Source: Actinomycetota bacterium (GTDB taxonomy: Bacteria; Actinomycetota; Acidimicrobiia; Acidimicrobiales; JAMDDE01). Taken from it: 64,000 nucleotides of DNA. Made by a program: the position numbers and the translations under genes. Each line of letters begins with the position of its first letter. Position 1 is the first letter of the stretch. Shown piece after piece: positions 17,871 through 27,530 of the stretch. The stretch lies in the NCBI GenBank assembly GCA_023489235.1, contig JAMDDE010000009.1, positions 6,439 through 70,438 of the forward strand, written 5' to 3'. Under the pieces are notes generated by a model. The model was not told the DNA's origin. It was given only the letters and a program-made list of their open reading frames with translations, and ran no database searches.

Positions 17871-19172
17871 ATGCGTACAGTACGTGCATCCACTTTTACC
17901 ATTAAATCAGCTTCAATTAAATCTAAATCAGCTTCAACCTCAGTTGTACTGAATGGGGCGAGGAGTATTCGTCTACACGAACCCCTCTTCTGGGAGCAGT
18001 CGCTCACGGAGATCGCCGAGACAGTAGGGATGAGGAGAGTACATATCATCGCTTGGCGGGATCTGGATGATCCAGAAGCAGGTGGATCAGAACTGCATGC
18101 TCATCGCATCGCTACTCTGTGGGCAGATGCGGGAATCCAAGTTACTACTCGTACCTCTGCAGTGGTCGATCAACGATCCACAATCGAGCGCTCAGGCTAC
18201 AAGGCAAGGCGTAGCGGAGGTCGATACTCTGTGTTCCCTAGAGCAGCATTGGAGGCTGCCTATCTCAGTCTCGGTCAGATAGATGGGTTGGTGGAGATCT
18301 GGAACGGGATGCCCTTTTTGTCCCCGCTATGGGCACATGTTCCCAAAATCGTATTCTTGCACCACGTTCATGCTGAGATGTGGAGGATGACACTACCTAC
18401 GTGGTTAGCTCGAATTGGCGAACTAACTGAACAGCGTCTAGCACCCTTGGTGTATCGGGGAACTAGGATCGTGACTCTCTCGGAGTCCTCTCGAGCAGAG
18501 ATCGCTAGTATGCTCAAGCTTCCCTTGGAGAATATCGTTGTAGTTCCTCCAGGAGTGGATGAACGGTTCAGTCCGCTTGGACCTGGTAGCAAAACAGGTC
18601 ATCCACTTCTCTTGGCAGTAGGGAGATTGGTTCCTGTCAAGCGTTTCGAGCTCTTGTTGGACGTATTCTCCCGCTTGCACGAGCGCTACCCTGAGCTGGA
18701 AGCGCTCATCGTGGGGGAGGGTTACAAGCGCGAGTTCCTTCAAAACAGGATAGATCGACTAGGAGCAGCAGGATGGATCAAGCTTCTTGGTCGAGTGGAG
18801 GATGACAACTTGGTAGAGCTGTACCGAAGGGCTTGGGTATTGGTTTCCACCTCTCTTCGTGAAGGCTGGGGCATGACCGTGACAGAGGCTGCTGCTTGTG
18901 GAACCCCAGCAGTAGTAACCAAGATCGCAGGGCATGCTGATGCAGTGGTAGATGGAGAGACGGGATTCTTGGTGGAGGACACCCATCAAATGGTCGACAG
19001 GGTAAGCAGACTGATCGAGGATGAACTACTGCGCAGGCGAATGGGAGCAGCAGCTGCTGATAGGGCAAGTCAGTTTACCTGGGAGGCAACTGCCAAGGGA
19101 GCGCTGATAGCTTTGGCAGAGGAAGCCCTGGCGAAGCAGCGAGGTTCACGGCATACTGTTCGTAAGACCTAG
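17871..19172 (+). CDS. Glycosyltransferase family 4
   Basis: AGGSE, VGRLVPVKR and EGWGMTVTEAAACGTP (EX7E); true start may be downstream, near 18030. Confidence 0.92.
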   Translation: MRTVRASTFTIKSASIKSKSASTSVVLNGARSIRLHEPLFWEQSLTEIAETVGMRRVHIIAWRDLDDPEAGGSELHAHRIATLWADAGIQVTTRTSAVVDQRSTIERSGYKARRSGGRYSVFPRAALEAAYLSLGQIDGLVEIWNGMPFLSPLWAHVPKIVFLHHVHAEMWRMTLPTWLARIGELTEQRLAPLVYRGTRIVTLSESSRAEIASMLKLPLENIVVVPPGVDERFSPLGPGSKTGHPLLLAVGRLVPVKRFELLLDVFSRLHERYPELEALIVGEGYKREFLQNRIDRLGAAGWIKLLGRVEDDNLVELYRRAWVLVSTSLREGWGMTVTEAAACGTPAVVTKIAGHADAVVDGETGFLVEDTHQMVDRVSRLIEDELLRRRMGAAAADRASQFTWEATAKGALIALAEEALAKQRGSRHTVRKT

Positions 19173-19285
19173 AGGATTAGCATAGGGTAACTGCTGGAGA
19201 GGAACTGCTCTAGCAGGAGAATTGGCGACATGGTTGACGAAGTGTCATTTTGGTAGGAAACCATTCAGAGCAAGGGGGAAGTGTA

Positions 19286-21247
19286 ATGGCTACAAACGGC
19301 GAACAGGCAGGAGTTGGACAGGGCAAGCTGTATCCCTCACCACAGGTATTACAGGATACAGCCCCAATGGGTGGTGGAAGCGAGCTATACGAATTCCTAG
19401 AGCATGCCTACAAAGATCCAGACTGGTACTGGGGACAGATAGCTTCAGAGTTGGAGTGGTCTGCGAGATGGCAGATACTTCGCCAAGGGGACTTACCTGA
19501 CTTCAAATACTATGTGGGTGGTACTACCAATGTCAGCGTCAACTGCATAGATCGTCATCTCAAGTCTGGCCGAAAGAACAAGGCTGCACTCTTGTGGGAA
19601 CGAGAGGACGGTGCTAGAGAGGTCTGGACTTACCAGCAGCTTTACGACGATGTGAACAGGTTCGCCAATGTCCTCTATGAGCTGGGGGTTAGGAGAGGAG
19701 ATGTTGTAGCCCTATATATGGCTAACATACCCGAGGTGTTCATTGCCGTTCATGCTTGTTATCGCATTGGCGCTTTGTACAACGTTATCTTTGCCGGATT
19801 CTCAGCCGATGCAGTACGTCAACGACTTGTTGATTCCAAACCCAAGGTAGTAGTCGTAGCAGATGCCAGTATGCGAAGGGGGAAAGAAGTACCCTTGAAG
19901 ACCACCTTGGACGAGGCCAGCAAAGATGTAAGCTCTATCGAATCGGTGGTCGTAGTTCAGCGTGTGGGCTCCTCGTTCGAGATGAAGGAGGGACGTGATC
20001 ACCTTTGGTCAGATTTGATGGCCAAGGCCAAGGCATGGTTCCCTCCTGAACCAATAGAAGCAAACGAACCTGGTTTCATTATTTACACCAGCGGGACGGA
20101 GGCCAAGCCCAAGGGGGTAGTTCATTCAGGTGTTGGGTTCCTCGTAGGGACTTATGCCAACTGTAAGTGGGCGTTGGCCCTTCAGGACGATGATGTGTAC
20201 TGGTGCACCGCCGATGTTGGTTGGCTCACCTTTCCTATTTTCGCTTTGATAGGTGGTCTGGCACATGGAGCTACCTTGGTGGTTTACGAAGGAGCTCTAG
20301 ACTACCCTACGCCAGGCCGATTCTATGAGGTGGTGGAGCGTTACCGAGTCAACAAGATCTTCACTGCACCGACGGCATTGCGCATGCTGAGAAGGGTTGG
20401 AGAGAGCTGGTTGGAGGGGCGTGATCTGTCTACACTCCAGCTCATTGCTCTGGTTGGCGAGCCGCTCGATCCGGAGACCTGGCATTGGGTGCATGACGTC
20501 ATTGGTCGTGGAGAGATATTCATAAACAATACCTATGGCCAGTCAGAGACTGCTTCAGCGTGGACCTCTTCACTTGTTGGATGGGGATCTGCCAAGCCTG
20601 GTTCTTGCGGTGTGCCTCTTCCTGGCTATGCCAGTGAAATCGTGGACGATCAAGGCAATCCTGTGCCTGTGGGTAGCACAGGTTACCTAACCATAACGAA
20701 ACCATTTCCTTGCCTTACGCGTACTGTATGGGGTGACCATCAACGCTACTTGGACACCTACTTCAGTGTCTACCCTGGAAGGTACTACACGGCCGATGCT
20801 TGCATCTTGGACGAGGACGGTCATTACTGGGTAATTGGCAGGGTGGATGATGTGATCAATGTCTCTGGCCACAGGTTGGGCACCATGGAGATGGAAGCAG
20901 CAATCCTGAACCACCCAATGGTGGCAGAGGCAGCAGTTGTGGGGGTTCCCGATGCCACTAAAGGAACTGTTCCTGTAGCCTTTGCTGTGCTTCGAGGAGA
21001 GGTGGCTGACAAGCAGGCTACTGCCAAGGAATTGGAGGACTTGGTAGTGACCGCCATTGGCCCCATAGCTCGTCCAGCCTCCACGCACGTGGTTCGTGCT
21101 CTGCCTAAGACGCGTTCCGGTAAGATCATGCGGAGATTGCTACGAGAGCTGGTCACCGAGGGAGAGATTAGAGGAGATACGACCTCTCTGGAGGATGCAG
21201 AATCCGTAGCCATCATAGAAGAAGACCTCAAAGGAATTCGTAGTTGA
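19286..21247 (+). CDS. acs: Acetate--CoA ligase (acetyl-CoA synthetase)
   Basis: NCIDRH, YTSGTEAKPKG, WCTADVGW, GRVDDVINVSGHRLG, LPKTRSGKIMRR; ATG 19286 follows AGGGGG. Confidence 0.9.
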   Translation: MATNGEQAGVGQGKLYPSPQVLQDTAPMGGGSELYEFLEHAYKDPDWYWGQIASELEWSARWQILRQGDLPDFKYYVGGTTNVSVNCIDRHLKSGRKNKAALLWEREDGAREVWTYQQLYDDVNRFANVLYELGVRRGDVVALYMANIPEVFIAVHACYRIGALYNVIFAGFSADAVRQRLVDSKPKVVVVADASMRRGKEVPLKTTLDEASKDVSSIESVVVVQRVGSSFEMKEGRDHLWSDLMAKAKAWFPPEPIEANEPGFIIYTSGTEAKPKGVVHSGVGFLVGTYANCKWALALQDDDVYWCTADVGWLTFPIFALIGGLAHGATLVVYEGALDYPTPGRFYEVVERYRVNKIFTAPTALRMLRRVGESWLEGRDLSTLQLIALVGEPLDPETWHWVHDVIGRGEIFINNTYGQSETASAWTSSLVGWGSAKPGSCGVPLPGYASEIVDDQGNPVPVGSTGYLTITKPFPCLTRTVWGDHQRYLDTYFSVYPGRYYTADACILDEDGHYWVIGRVDDVINVSGHRLGTMEMEAAILNHPMVAEAAVVGVPDATKGTVPVAFAVLRGEVADKQATAKELEDLVVTAIGPIARPASTHVVRALPKTRSGKIMRRLLRELVTEGEIRGDTTSLEDAESVAIIEEDLKGIRS

Positions 21248-21450
21248 TCCGATCCCGCCTGTAAGCCTCTGGCCTTAGCCGTGGAGAGGATGCCAAGTCC
21301 TTTGGTTCGCCAACCGCGTAGGTGATAATGATGTAGGTGCTTCTGCTTCGTTGGCTCATACCGTGAAGCATGAAGCACCTTCGTCGTGTTCTGGTGGATC
21401 TCAGTCCACGGCACCTCACTTGAATCCGAAGAGCCGCAATAATCCCAGGA

Positions 21451-21534
21451 TGGTGCGGGCGAGAGGAGTCGAACCTCCACCCCCGAAGGGACCGGGACCT
21501 AAACCCGGCGCGTCTGCCATTCCGCCACGCCCGC
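21451..21534 (-). tRNA. tRNA-Leu (anticodon TAG)
   Basis: Reverse complement GCGGGCGTGGCGGAATGGCAGACGCG-CCGGG-TTTAGGT-CCCGG...GGTTCGACTCC-TCTCGCCCGC-ACCA; long variable arm; encoded CCA. Confidence 0.97.
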
Positions 21535-21719
21535 TAGCAACCGACCTATATCTGACCTAGCATCATAGCGTGTGGTAGCAGACTTGGTTGATTCCTTGGT
21601 TCATCTTGAGCGAATGCTGAAAACGACCATCGACGAAGGAGACCATTGACCAAGAAAGACGCCCGCAAGCCCCAGGCTTATATCCATGGGAGGATGTCAA
21701 AGCTGTTAGCAAAAGAACT

Positions 21720-21765
21720 GTCGTACAGCACTGTTATGCCGTTCTGTTATGCAGTACTGTACGAC
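21720..21765. promoter_or_regulatory. 14-bp inverted repeat between the tRNA and the membrane-protein gene
   Basis: GTCGTACAGCACTG ... CAGTACTGTACGAC (13/14 complementary). Confidence 0.4.
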
Positions 21766-21853
21766 TAGTACTGTGATAACAGAAGGGCAATGCAGTATAG
21801 CCAGGGAAGGATAGCCAGTTGTTTCATGTACCTCATGCATTCAGCGAGTTGTC

Positions 21854-22468
21854 GTGAGGCAGGTGCTTGGATTCATGGAGTTTCTGCCGCGGGGGCGTAA
21901 GGTAGTTGCAGTGCTTGTAGTTATGGCCGTTGTCACAGCGGTCCTGCTTTTCCTGGTAGCTTCTGGGCACAGTCTTTGGTTTGCAAACGTCGTTCATGTA
22001 GGATCAGCTTTTCTATGGACAGGGACAGATCTTTTTGGAGGGTTCGTTGTGCTGCCCTTACTACGAAGGGTTAGCGATGAGCAACGGCTTCAGTTGGTAG
22101 GAACAGCTGTGTTCTGGATCTCAACGGCAGTCTGTTTGCTTACGATCACTACTCTCGTAGCCGGTGGTTATATAGCATCAAGATATGGCTTCCTGAGCCT
22201 TCCTTATCCCGATCATGCTTGGCTGTTGGTGGCAGGAGCCGTAGGACTTCTCTTGGCAGCAGGAGTCATTGGTCTAGTGCTGCCCCTGGGGGTTCTCATC
22301 GTCTATGGACTGGCGCGATCAGCCTCTTTTATCCAGAACGATCAACGGTTCATGAGAGATATCTCCCATCTTGACTCCGAGGTGCGACGCCTGGCCTATG
22401 TTCTTGCGACAGAAGGAGTTATTCAGGTTGGGCTTATTGTCGTAATGGCACGTATAACCACACTCTAG
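21854..22468 (+). CDS. Hypothetical integral membrane protein
   Basis: About 5 TM segments; VHVGSAFLWTGTDLF motif. Confidence 0.7.
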   Translation: MRQVLGFMEFLPRGRKVVAVLVVMAVVTAVLLFLVASGHSLWFANVVHVGSAFLWTGTDLFGGFVVLPLLRRVSDEQRLQLVGTAVFWISTAVCLLTITTLVAGGYIASRYGFLSLPYPDHAWLLVAGAVGLLLAAGVIGLVLPLGVLIVYGLARSASFIQNDQRFMRDISHLDSEVRRLAYVLATEGVIQVGLIVVMARITTL

Positions 22469-22778
22469 GAGTAAGAACAGTAATAGTCTTGCTGGAGTCT
22501 TGTTGGCATATTCTCCACGGATGCATTTACACGGGAGAACGGCTTGTGCAATCAGCTTTCCCTTGGTCGCTCAGAATGATCTTCTGTCTCAATGGCAGAC
22601 TGTTCTGCCTATATCATCTTGATGCCATCAAATCATTGATGTCGACCTTCACTCCTTGTTGATGGTTCTAGTGAATGCCTGGAGCTTTGTGCTGATTACT
22701 TGTTCTGATTAACTACGCATCCTGTCCGTCGCAATGCTTTAGCAACCGATGGCCTCCATCCTTTGATAGCCTCAGTTC

Positions 22779-23480
22779 ATGCAATCCAATGGGATAAGGA
22801 ACGAACTAGTTGGAGAGAGTACGATGAATACTGCTGGGAAGTATGTAAACCATGGCCAACAGAGTGTTATGTTTGCCATGTCTGGTTCATTCGAGCCCCA
22901 GTTGCAGTTCTCCAAGGCAGATCCTACTTGGGATGTCAACCAGCGTTTGCTGCAAGAACGCATAATTTTTCTGGGTACTCAAGTAGATCAAGCTACCGCC
23001 AATCTTGTCTGTGCACAACTTCTTCTGCTTGAAGCTGAAGATCCTGAGAGCGATATCTCCTTGTACATAAACTCCCCCGGCGGATCAGTAACTGATGGGC
23101 TGGCTATATACGACACCATGCAGTATGTGCGTTGTGATGTGCGAACCATCTGTGTAGGACTTGCTGCCTCCATGGGACAGTTCCTCTTGTGCGCAGGCGC
23201 TCCAGGGAAAAGGTATGCTTTGCCTCACTCACGTATCCTCATGCATCAGCCATCTGGTCAAATGCAAGGGCAAGCAGCAGATATTGCCATTCAAGCAGAA
23301 CAGATCGTGTACTTGAAGCGCATGATGGCTGAGCGTATTGCTTTTCATACGGGCCAACCTGTAGAACGTATCTTGGCCGACTCGGATAGAGATAGGTGGT
23401 TTACTGCAGAGGAGGCACGTGAATATGGATTCATTGACCAAGTAATCGATAGGTCGTCATCCAAGACACGGCAGGCGTAA
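22779..23480 (+). CDS. clpP: ATP-dependent Clp protease proteolytic subunit
   Basis: [20 protein letters not shown] (Ser), LMHQP (His), DRDRW (Asp); true start probably downstream. Confidence 0.96.
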   Translation: MQSNGIRNELVGESTMNTAGKYVNHGQQSVMFAMSGSFEPQLQFSKADPTWDVNQRLLQERIIFLGTQVDQATANLVCAQLLLLEAEDPESDISLYINSPGGSVTDGLAIYDTMQYVRCDVRTICVGLAASMGQFLLCAGAPGKRYALPHSRILMHQPSGQMQGQAADIAIQAEQIVYLKRMMAERIAFHTGQPVERILADSDRDRWFTAEEAREYGFIDQVIDRSSSKTRQA

Positions 23481-23674
23481 GCACTCTAACTAGCAAATGA
23501 AGATGCCTCAGGTCTTTGGTTGGCTGGGCTCAAGAGAAGAAATGAGTGGAACGGATCGTAGTTTCCGTTTTGCAAGGGAACGGTCTACGTTCAAAAGGCT
23601 AAAGAGAGTTCCTGAGGGTTGTCTTGTTGTGGCAAGTATAACCTCGTCGTCGTGGTGAGCCGAGAGATAGTACG

Positions 23675-25444
23675 ATGAGGTACAAATCTTTCTCCAACAG
23701 AGTGCTCACTGGTATCTTGCTTGTCTTTTTGGTTTTTGCTTATGTCTTGGTTGATACAGAGGCTATTCAGCCTATGACAGACGCCTACAGTTTTACTTCT
23801 TCTCTATCTCCATCAGTATCCCTATCGCCGGAGAGTTCTTCTCAGACGCTCTCACTCGTAGGTCATGGATGGGGACCAGGTGTTGGAATGGGTCAATGGG
23901 GTGCTCTCGGCTATGCATTGGCTGGAGAACCTTACACCTGGATCCTCTCCCACTACTATGGCGGGACGAGCTTGAGCACACTAGCTGATTATGCCTCTAC
24001 AACGGTGAAGGTTGTCATCTCCCAGAATGACGGCAATGCAGTTGAGGTTACCTCTAGCTCCCCTTTCAGTGTAGCGGGTATTTCATTCTCAGCTGGCGAA
24101 GTAGCACGTATCACCCTTATGGGTAATGGATCAACTGCTTCAGGATCATCCGATGAATGGCTCATTGCCAAGTCCGCCTCTTGCTCCGGTTCGGGAGGGT
24201 GGCAACCGGTCGGCTCGCAATCGGGATATCCAGATCCAGTTGTTGAACCTACCTCTCTTAGCCTCCAAGCAAGCAGTACCCAAGTCCTCTCGCTTTGTTT
24301 ACCCAATGGCAGCGCTATGTTGCTCAGGGGCGAGTTGCAGGCAATTGCACCAAACGGAATACCGGAAACATTGAACATCGTCTCTTTGGAGGCGTACCTG
24401 GATGGGGTGGTACCCAAAGAATCTCCCGCTTATTGGGGGCAACTTGGTTCGCAGGGGCCGGATGGACAACCTTGGGGTTTTCAAGAGTTGGAAGCCCAAG
24501 CAGTAGCTGCTAGATCATATGTATTGGCTGATATCCAGGACTCTGCAAGTGGAACCATCTGTGATACCTCTGCTTGTCAAGTGTATGGGGGGATGTCCGC
24601 AGAGAATCCAATAAGTAATTTAGCGGTATCAGCCACCGCTGGACAGATTTTGAAAACAAGCAATGGAAGTATAGCACTTGCCTACTACTCCTCCTCGACG
24701 GGTGGTTATACGGCTGGTGGACCATTCCCTGCTGTAGTGGATTCAGGGGATAGCATATGCACTCCTGATATTTGCAATCCCTTCCACACTTGGCATGAAA
24801 GCTTGAGCTATACGCAAATACAGGATGCCTTTCCTCAAATAGGGGAGTTCGAATCTCTAGTGGTGACTGAACGTAATGGACTAGGTTCCTTGGGCGGTCG
24901 TGTCGAGATGATGGAGCTACTTGGCTCTGCAGGAACCATTCACATAACTGGGAGTTATTTTGCTAGCAAGCTTGGTCTTTACTCTAATTGGTTTGCAGTT
25001 GTGGACTCGCCTTCAGGGGGTATTGGAGGCTACTGGATACTCTCCTCCAACGGCTCGGTCTTCGGCTTCGGTGATGCCCCTTACTATGGGAGTGCCTTCA
25101 ATGTGATGAACACGGGAGCCATGGGCGCTGCTCAAGCAGTGGATATGGCTACTACATCCACTAATGGGTATTGGATAGCGGCATCAGACGGTACGGTCTT
25201 TGGTTTCCATAACGACCTGTTCGGAGCAGGAAGTACTATTAATAGTACTGAAGCTCCACCAACCGGATTCACTCCCTCGACTGCGGCTATCAGTTCTTCC
25301 CTGAATGGTGATGGTTACCTTCTCGTTGATCAAGAGGGCATGGTATTCACCTTCGGCAACGCACCCCAATTCGGGGGCATGGAAGATGTCAACCCTAGTT
25401 TTAATGGTCAGGTTACCTCTATTGCTGTCTCATCTTACACTTGA
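23675..25444 (+). CDS. SpoIID/LytB domain peptidoglycan hydrolase with C-terminal GYW..FGDA-type repeats
   Basis: Signal/TM segment; GHGWGPGVGMGQWGA, YLDGVVPKES, EAQAVAARSY, CQVY, YYSSSTGG; three GY[WL]xxxxxGxVFxF repeats. Confidence 0.88.
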   Translation: MRYKSFSNRVLTGILLVFLVFAYVLVDTEAIQPMTDAYSFTSSLSPSVSLSPESSSQTLSLVGHGWGPGVGMGQWGALGYALAGEPYTWILSHYYGGTSLSTLADYASTTVKVVISQNDGNAVEVTSSSPFSVAGISFSAGEVARITLMGNGSTASGSSDEWLIAKSASCSGSGGWQPVGSQSGYPDPVVEPTSLSLQASSTQVLSLCLPNGSAMLLRGELQAIAPNGIPETLNIVSLEAYLDGVVPKESPAYWGQLGSQGPDGQPWGFQELEAQAVAARSYVLADIQDSASGTICDTSACQVYGGMSAENPISNLAVSATAGQILKTSNGSIALAYYSSSTGGYTAGGPFPAVVDSGDSICTPDICNPFHTWHESLSYTQIQDAFPQIGEFESLVVTERNGLGSLGGRVEMMELLGSAGTIHITGSYFASKLGLYSNWFAVVDSPSGGIGGYWILSSNGSVFGFGDAPYYGSAFNVMNTGAMGAAQAVDMATTSTNGYWIAASDGTVFGFHNDLFGAGSTINSTEAPPTGFTPSTAAISSSLNGDGYLLVDQEGMVFTFGNAPQFGGMEDVNPSFNGQVTSIAVSSYT

Positions 25445-25517
25445 TGTTCATCTTCACGACTTGAGGTCCAAAGGAAGAAGGGCAGATCTATCGGATCGAA
25501 GAGCTGTTCCGATGTAA

Positions 25518-25562
25518 GAGACGGTAAATACCGAGCGCGGGGAACCCGGTATTCACCGTCTC
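25518..25562. terminator. 16-bp stem hairpin, probable terminator
   Basis: GAGACGGTAAATACCG / CGGTATTCACCGTCTC; fully paired with one G-U on the minus strand, one mismatch on the plus strand. Confidence 0.65.
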
Positions 25563-26052
25563 GATCTATCGCAGCTGCGAAATGTATCATTGCTTTCCAG
25601 CGAAGGTCGAAGCACTCTACCTGGCATATGTTCCCTCCGCTTGTTTTACTTGCTCTACTTGAACTTCTGGTGAGAGTTCTAGAGCTTATTGGGGACTTTT
25701 CCTGCCAGACCTCCTTCCGGTTCCTCCTTGTCTTTCCTACTCCTCCCTGTCTCTCCTGGAGCACAAGACCCATGTAGCCGATAACTCTCCGATCATTGTT
25801 TATCGGAGTGGCTCCGCGCTCTCTTTAATATCTGCTTAGGATCCGCTTAAGATCCGCGCTTTCGCTCTCTTTTGATAATTGCCTACTCACTAGGTAGCTG
25901 CTCGTATCTTAGCTGGTAACGACCACTATAATTTAAAAGATTACTTTACAACTCGACAATAGTAACTAATTATGGTAAAGTTTGAATGAGGCAAACAGCC
26001 TCATATGTCGCCAGTCAATCACGATGTTGGTCGAGTGTGGAGGTGAGGAGTA

Positions 26053-26688
26053 ATGACAGTACAGCTCGGTGATGTGGCACCAGATTTTTCGGCAGATACA
26101 ACCGAAGGGAAGATCAACTTTCATCAGTGGTTGGGTGATCGCTGGGGTGTTTTGTTCTCTCACCCTAAGGACTTCACGCCGGTCTGCACTACAGAGCTCG
26201 GGGAAGTTGCGCGCTTGAAACCTGAATTCGACAAGCGGGGCGTAGCCGTTATCGGACTTTCCGTTGATCCAGTAGAGTCGCATCGTGCCTGGGCATCTGA
26301 TATAGCAGAGACACAGGGTCATGCACTCAACTTTCCTGTCATAGGAGATCCAGAACATCGAGTAGCCGACCTGTATGGGATGATTCATCCCAATGCCAAT
26401 GATACCTTGACGGTTCGTTCGGTATTCATTATCGATCCAGCCAAGAAGGTAAGGTTGACGATCACTTACCCAGCTAATGTAGGACGAAATTTCAAAGAGA
26501 TCTTGAGAGTCATTGATGCTCTTCAGCTAGGAGATCGCTATCAGATTTCTACCCCGGCCAACTGGGAAGATGGCGATGATGTAATCATTGCCACTACAGT
26601 CACCAACGAAGAGGCTCGACAGCGTTTCCCCAAAGGCTTCAAGGAACTCAAGCCATATCTGCGGGTGACTCCTCAACCGAACAAATAA
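26053..26688 (+). CDS. 1-Cys peroxiredoxin (Prx6)
   Basis: FSHPKDFTPVCTTE, YPANVGRNF, TPANW. Confidence 0.95.
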   Translation: MTVQLGDVAPDFSADTTEGKINFHQWLGDRWGVLFSHPKDFTPVCTTELGEVARLKPEFDKRGVAVIGLSVDPVESHRAWASDIAETQGHALNFPVIGDPEHRVADLYGMIHPNANDTLTVRSVFIIDPAKKVRLTITYPANVGRNFKEILRVIDALQLGDRYQISTPANWEDGDDVIIATTVTNEEARQRFPKGFKELKPYLRVTPQPNK

Positions 26689-26836
26689 AACAAATAGACA
26701 ATAAACTCTAAAAGTCCAATACAGAAATCCAGTATTGTCACTCATACTGTTCAGTTGACGACTAAAGATGTTTCTTTGATGGCGTGTGCTTTCTTGGATG
26801 TGGATACTCAACTGAACCGATGATGAGTTCAGCTCT

Positions 26837-27388
26837 TTAAAGTACCCTGTTGACAGGGGGTATGAAGAGATTGTCCCTATAAAATGCCAGTTCGGCTATG
26901 CTTTCTCGGATATCGTCAAGTGCACGGTGAGTACTTGATTTGGTGGGAAGCTTTGCCAAGATGTCCGGATACCATCTACGGCACAGTTCTTTCAAAGTCG
27001 ACACATCTATAGATCTATAGTGAAGATATTCCTCGATTTGAGGGAGGTAAGCAGCGAGGAACCTACGATCTGTGCCAATGGTGTTGCCGCACAATGGTGA
27101 AGAGCGTGGAGTTGGCACATATTCCCTGATGAAGTCGTAAACTTGTCGACCGGCCTCTTCAATGGTGATAGTTGAGGACTGAATTGCATCGAGTAGACCA
27201 CTTTTGGAGTGCATCTCTCTCACTACGGGCTCCATGTCTGCGAGTAGCTCCGGAAGAGTAGAGATAACTAAGTCAGGACCTTCGGCCACTACCTGCAAGT
27301 TGTCGTCGGTCACGAGAACTGCAATCTCCACTATCGTGTCTTTGTTGGGGTCGAGCCCGGTCATCTCCAAATCCATCCAAACAAGCAT
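26837..27388 (-). CDS. orn: Oligoribonuclease
   Basis: WMDLEMTGL, MHSKSGL, HYRSIDVSTLKEL, HRALDDIRESI; start set at MLVW. Confidence 0.96.
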   Translation of the reverse strand: MLVWMDLEMTGLDPNKDTIVEIAVLVTDDNLQVVAEGPDLVISTLPELLADMEPVVREMHSKSGLLDAIQSSTITIEEAGRQVYDFIREYVPTPRSSPLCGNTIGTDRRFLAAYLPQIEEYLHYRSIDVSTLKELCRRWYPDILAKLPTKSSTHRALDDIRESIAELAFYRDNLFIPPVNRVL

Positions 27389-27530
27389 TGCTACGATCGT
27401 AGTAGGTTGTGAAGCCATATGTTGATGATCGAGCCATATTGTCCTATATGCATGCAGCGATAAGATTAACGGTTGTGCAGCAATATCACAGATGCAAGGG
27501 CTCAATGCTCTAGTTTGGTAAGGTCATTCT

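Noticed and set aside
20824..21480. Long antisense and alternative-frame ORFs (this 218-aa one, also 3123-3758, 16118-16699, 30902-31426, 34964-35494)
   Set aside because: Shadow frames of well-supported genes with no independent motifs
21250..21560. tRNA-Leu as an integration site, and the 69-aa ORF at 21351
   Set aside because: No integrase or duplicated tRNA 3' end seen; the ORF is the antisense of the tRNA
23481..23674. c-di-AMP (ydaO) riboswitch upstream of the cell-wall hydrolase
   Set aside because: I could not find the conserved GCCGAATCC/GGGGAACC elements
25534..25546. GGTTCCCCGCGCT on the minus strand resembles the start of a type I-E CRISPR repeat
   Set aside because: Single partial copy in a hairpin loop; no spacers and no cas genes
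25435..25773. 112-aa minus-strand ORF
   Set aside because: No recognisable motif, runs through the strong hairpin and overlaps the SpoIID/LytB gene stop; likely spurious
26749..26817. 10-bp inverted repeat GTTCAGTTGA/TCAACTGAAC as a MITE
   Set aside because: Single short copy with no target-site duplication; more likely terminator-related between convergent genes
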